A DNA stretch of 64,000 nucleotides from an uncultured virus (IMG/VR IMGVR_UViG_3300031998_000047) (lineage: Duplodnaviria; Heunggongvirae; Uroviricota; Caudoviricetes). The stretch is taken from IMG/VR virus record IMGVR_UViG_3300031998_000047. One strand, 5' to 3'. Position 1 is the stretch's first letter. Each line of letters begins with the position of its first letter. Positions 59,583 through 64,000 of this stretch are shown here, piece after piece. The position numbers and the translations under genes are program-made. The notes under the pieces were generated by a model. That model was given only the letters and a program-made list of their open reading frames with translations, ran no database searches and was not told where the DNA came from.

Positions 59583-62003
59583 ATAAAATCTCCTATAAAT
59601 TAATACGTTAATAAATAAAATGAACTATATTTGAAGGCTGCAAAAGTTCGGTTTTTCATTTTGCCCTATTAGTTGTCAATTTCCTGCGGGTGCAATTAAT
59701 CTTCCTATTTGCAAGTATTTATATATGTGCAAAATAAATTCTGTTCCCAGTGCTAAATACCCTGCACAAAAATACAAAATAGTGAGTTATTTGCTGTTTG
59801 CAATTCATTGAAACATCATGCAATTAACAGCCCTTTGTTTAAAATATCAATGTTACTTTTTAATCCCCTAACTATTCTTTTTAATTCCTTATTAGGTGAG
59901 AGGGTCAAAACTTTGCACGCTAACAAGTAAATGCAAGTTTTCGGGATAATGTGCTCGTCCTATTTCCCTTTGTAGTCTTCGGGCTATCAACTTACTGCGT
60001 ATATAGTGCCCAAACTTGCAAAGATAGGTCGAGGCTTTTTCCTCGCCCCCAAACGCCCCCTGCCCGCTATGTGGCTCTCGCCTGCCGTTCTAACGTTTTG
60101 GTATTGCAAAGGTACGAATAATTTTGTATATACCAAAGAAAAACATGAAAATTTATTTTGCCCGTAACTTGTTGATTTTCAAGTAGTTAAGACAATTTGT
60201 AATAATAAATACATCGAATATTGGTTTTTTGCCCTTCGATTTTTGTTAAATAGATTTAATGAAAGTAATAATACTAAACAAAAAAGTCTTAAATTCATAA
60301 AAATGAAATCTTTGTAAATGCTTATAAATCAATAACTTAAATATAAATCATATACTTTTATAAATGTAATTAAGCGTTAAATTCATAACAAAATAGGTAT
60401 TAAAGTACATAAAATATAAATGTAAATATTATTTATTTTAGGCTTTTCCTGCGCTATCTTTGCAGGAGGTTTTATATATGCGTACATATTATATATATAA
60501 ATATAGCGTTTAAAGCCATTTTAAAGCCCTGCCGACCTTTTGCCATTTTGTCCGCATGATAAATGATAAATACACATTTTCCGACCGCTGGTTGCAACCA
60601 TATAAAACAAAGATATATTTTTATATCCATTTTGCACCCCAAAATAATAGTGTAATATATACACTTATAACACCATATTTATAAAAAGGTGCGTTTAAAA
60701 CGTAACTTATTAAAAATCAAGCAGTTAAATATTTATTAACAATAAGGAATATTTACAGATAATTATATACTAAAATCTTGCAAATGCCTTTATATAAAGG
60801 ACTTTTAGTACATATATAGACCTATTTTATTTATGTACTTTTTCAAGACAAAAGACCCCAATTTTCCCGCTGTCGCGTTTTCATGCCCTTTGTGGGTACT
60901 TATACCAGCCCCAAATTTTTAAGCGATTTGTGTACGCGCACACAAGCCTTTTATTATTTAGACTTTTATAAAATATTGCCCTAATTGCGTGAAACACCCA
61001 TAAATAAAGGACATTCAAATATTATACGTTTCTTAACATAATATACTAACAAATGTTAGAGCCATTTATATATAAGGTTTTCCAACGTTTTAAGTGTATA
61101 TGTTACAATATTAATTTTTATGTGCTTTTCTATTTGTGTACGCACACAATTCAAAATAATCGTGAAACATTTTGCACCCTATATTTATAGCCCTTATTTC
61201 ATAGTGTATTATTTACACTTATTCTTTGTAACTGCCAGTATCATTTAATTATTAATTGTATTTAGTACACTTATTATCTTTTCTTTTTCTTTTTATTTCT
61301 TTTTCTATTCTTATTTATTATATTATATTATTATATAGATTTATATATTTATTTTCTTTTTTATTTTAATGCTTTTCTTTTAGCTTATAAAAGCCTATAT
61401 TTACACAGAATATATAATTATATTATTTCCCGTTTTCCTGCCCTTTGTAGCCCTTAATATAATATACTTTATATATAATATATATAGTTACCTAATAACT
61501 AAAAAACAACCTTATAACAGCCTATTTTCAAGACTGAAAATATATGTATCTTTGCAGCCCAAAATTTATTTTTTTATTCCTTTGTTTGCGTATCTTTGCG
61601 TGGATTATTTAGTTGTACCGTCGTATAATATAAGCGGGTGCAAAGTTATAAATTAAAAACGAACGTTACAAATACATAACACGTTGGTTTTCAGCGAGTT
61701 ACGGGGATTTATAGGGGGTGGGGGGTATTTCGCGCCAAAAATCGGTGTGGTGCGTATAATCCGTTTTTAAAAAAAAGAAATTTTTGAAAAAAGAAAAATT
61801 TTCGCGTGCGTGCGTATGCAGGTATATTCCTATATATAGTATATACTTATTTATATAAGGTATCTTATATATATAAAGAAACCTTTATAATAGTTAATCT
61901 TTTGTTAAAGTTACCTTATTATTAGGTATATCTAAAATAAAGTGTGTATATTTGCACCCGAATTTATTTATTAGTTTAATATTATAATAAAAGAAAGTTA
62001 TTT
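59583..62003. other. 2.4 kb AT-rich non-coding divergent control region (possible origin/genome end)
   Basis: No ORFs. TAnnTTTG boxes at 60019, 60107 and 61641 (minus) and 61547, 61591 and 61947 (plus). Four 25-bp IHF-like quasi-palindromes; G tract near 61714-61725. Confidence 0.6.
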
Positions 62004-62312
62004 ATGGCAAATGTGGTTACAAAGTTGGATGACGAGGTTCGTTGGGGTGCTATGTTGGGTGTTATGCAAGGTGATTTGGATAAGACTCGTAGCATGTTGA
62101 ATCTTGTTATCAATCAAGTTGACGATGCTATGCAACGTCGTGTTAAGGAACTTGCTGACATGGGTATTACTGAACCAGCTGGCGATGGTATTTTCAATCG
62201 TTGTTTTCAACTTCACAACATGTTAGGTGGCATATATGCGGTTATGCGTGGTGCTGACGGTATTATGTCGGGTGTGATAGTTGAAATGCTTCGTGATATT
62301 GATGACAAGTAG
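62004..62312 (+). CDS. Hypothetical protein
   Basis: First gene after the promoter element at 61947. Confidence 0.55.
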   Translation: MANVVTKLDDEVRWGAMLGVMQGDLDKTRSMLNLVINQVDDAMQRRVKELADMGITEPAGDGIFNRCFQLHNMLGGIYAVMRGADGIMSGVIVEMLRDIDDK

Positions 62313-62389
62313 TATATGGCAAGCGTGTATTTTGAGGTTTAACGCGATGATATAGAATTGCATGAATTGAACGAAATTATTAAGGAACT

Positions 62390-62818
62390 ATGAAGTATAT
62401 TGACGCAGATAAACTGATTGCCGAGATAAACAAAAGGTTGATGGACGTAAACCTTGAAAAGTTGCACAACATGGGGTCGCACAGGGTTTGGGCTTATAAT
62501 GATGTCAAGTCCATCATCGACAAGATGAAGCAGGAAGAGCCGACACCTCCTGACATCGAAGAGGAAAGTCAGAAGAAAGGCTGGCTTGACTACGGACTGA
62601 CGATGAGTGAGATTGGATTGCACCGCTACAATGCGATACACCGCATCAAGGAGCACAAGGAGCAGTTTAACCCGCTGGCCGTCCCCGACCTCTATCATGT
62701 CGAGGAATACTATAAGGCCGTAGGTGCGGAGATAACTTGTTGCTGTCTGCAGGCATACGGCAAGGATTTTATCTTCACGCAGGACGAAGTAAAGGAAATC
62801 ATCGAAAATGAGGGTTGA
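62390..62818 (+). CDS. Hypothetical protein (YID.D.L.AEI family)
   Basis: N-terminus resembles ORF 36632-37051. Confidence 0.55.
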   Translation: MKYIDADKLIAEINKRLMDVNLEKLHNMGSHRVWAYNDVKSIIDKMKQEEPTPPDIEEESQKKGWLDYGLTMSEIGLHRYNAIHRIKEHKEQFNPLAVPDLYHVEEYYKAVGAEITCCCLQAYGKDFIFTQDEVKEIIENEG

Positions 62819-62821
62819 CGT

Positions 62822-63238
62822 ATGAAAAAGCAAGTTATTTTCCTTGGTGCGTCATTATTGCGCGAAAAGATAGCCATCTCGTCTGAACATATTCCAGAGC
62901 TTTGCTTAGACGTTCAAACGTTCAACGAAAAGAACGCCTACGCCACTCCGCGTTTCACGCGCCCTTGTGACATGAGTATTTCTTTGGATATAAAGGCCGA
63001 CGTGATGAAAGATGATATTTCAAATATTCTTGGTATGAGCCCGATTTTCGATGTCAAGGTAACGGATTTGCGCGGAAACGAGCTTGTTATCCCAAACGCA
63101 AAGATTTCTGCACGTTTGAGCGTTGCTGGGCGCATACCGCGAAAGCTTAAAAAGCAGCTCAAAAAGAAACATGGTGTCTATTGGAAACAGCACCATCCAA
63201 ACGTGGAAAGGTTTTATTCAATTTCAAATAAAGATTAA
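62822..63238 (+). CDS. Hypothetical protein
   Basis: 138 aa; RIPRKLKK basic motif. Confidence 0.5.
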   Translation: MKKQVIFLGASLLREKIAISSEHIPELCLDVQTFNEKNAYATPRFTRPCDMSISLDIKADVMKDDISNILGMSPIFDVKVTDLRGNELVIPNAKISARLSVAGRIPRKLKKQLKKKHGVYWKQHHPNVERFYSISNKD

Positions 63239-63243
63239 CAATT

Positions 63244-63813
63244 ATGATTTCAAAAGAGAAAGTACAAGAATTGATTAAGCGTGCCTACAGCATTGCGGCC
63301 ACACACGGCTTTCATGAGGTAGACCGCAGTAATGCGCATTTTATGATGCTCGTCGTTTCGGAAATCGGCGAGATGGTCGAGGCCGACAGAAAGAATATGC
63401 GTGCCAATCCCAAAGGTTTTGAAAAGTGTGTTGGTCTTACGTATAACGACCGTTTCAAGAACTACGTCAAGGACACGCTGGAGGATGAATTGGCCGACGT
63501 CGTTATCCGTATATGTGATTTCTTGGGAACACGGCATATAGAGCCGCTTATCCTCGAGGAAACATCTACAAGCGATGATTGGGCTAACCTTTGGGGTAAG
63601 GCCTCTATCAACGAGCAATGCTACGGATTGACGAAGATTATAACCCGTATTGACGAAGAGACGTCGGCAGACGATATTTCCCGTCTTCTTGGTGCTTCTC
63701 TTGCATGGTGCTTTGATTTCGCCGATTTCCACAAATTCGACCTGCTTTGGCATGTGGAGCAGAAGATGCTATACAACGAGACCCGTTCAATTCGTCACGG
63801 CAAGAACTATTAA
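63244..63813 (+). CDS. MazG-like nucleotide pyrophosphohydrolase
   Basis: SEIGEMVEA.RK, EDELADVVIRICD and C-terminal KM.YN.TR motifs. Confidence 0.75.
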   Translation: MISKEKVQELIKRAYSIAATHGFHEVDRSNAHFMMLVVSEIGEMVEADRKNMRANPKGFEKCVGLTYNDRFKNYVKDTLEDELADVVIRICDFLGTRHIEPLILEETSTSDDWANLWGKASINEQCYGLTKIITRIDEETSADDISRLLGASLAWCFDFADFHKFDLLWHVEQKMLYNETRSIRHGKNY

Positions 63814-64000
63814 ACGTTGTTTATCATGGCAAAGTTCGTAAGAATCAAGGTCGGCGAGGAGAATCTGCCGTGTCTTTTCGATTTGGAGGCGATAGAATGC
63901 ATCGACCTGCGAAACAAGAGCGTTTATACCGTAGGTACAAACCAACCATATCATATTTGCGACCAATCATCATGGGATAAAATAATACTATATGCGAACG

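Noticed and set aside
59583..62003. CRISPR array or tandem iterons
   Set aside because: Repeats are degenerate and irregularly spaced, with no repeat-spacer periodicity
1..64000. Stop-codon reassignment (TAG/TGA recoding)
   Set aside because: Conserved genes are full length in code 11, TAG and TGA end genes at plausible positions, and no suppressor tRNA was found

Overview
The whole window is a tailed-phage genome segment, probably a siphovirus. Its host is probably Bacteroidales/Prevotella-like, because TAnnTTTG promoters occur throughout and start codons have AT-rich, SD-less leaders. Layout: tail/neck/capsid/scaffold genes (minus, 1-5730); terminase, portal, lysis and tail-fibre genes (plus, 5957-19629); a self-promoted module of unknown function (19871-22922); a long minus-strand arm (23132-59582); a 2.4 kb AT-rich non-coding region with IHF-consensus sites; and four plus-strand genes ending with a MazG-like gene. 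The minus arm carries a beta sliding clamp, a tRNA/tmRNA operon, a DNA methyltransferase, RecT/exonuclease/SSB, two HNH nucleases, two tandem RNase HI genes, a Ro60/TROVE protein, an RlmN-like radical SAM enzyme, a serine recombinase and an AAA+/vWA pair. The most notable content is an RNA-centred toolkit: (1) three Y-RNA-like genes upstream of Ro60, one a circularly permuted tRNA-Pro with an intact UGG anticodon loop; (2) a tmRNA with its own tag, AKVVNMTPRATMRIAA; (3) two non-canonical tRNA-like RNAs; (4) a kissing-loop, G-skewed ~440 nt RNA leading into the RNase H pair; (5) an RlmN-like enzyme lacking the resolving cysteine; and (6) an identical upstream direct repeat at the two ncRNA promoters. 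All calls come from manual motif reading; no database searches were run.
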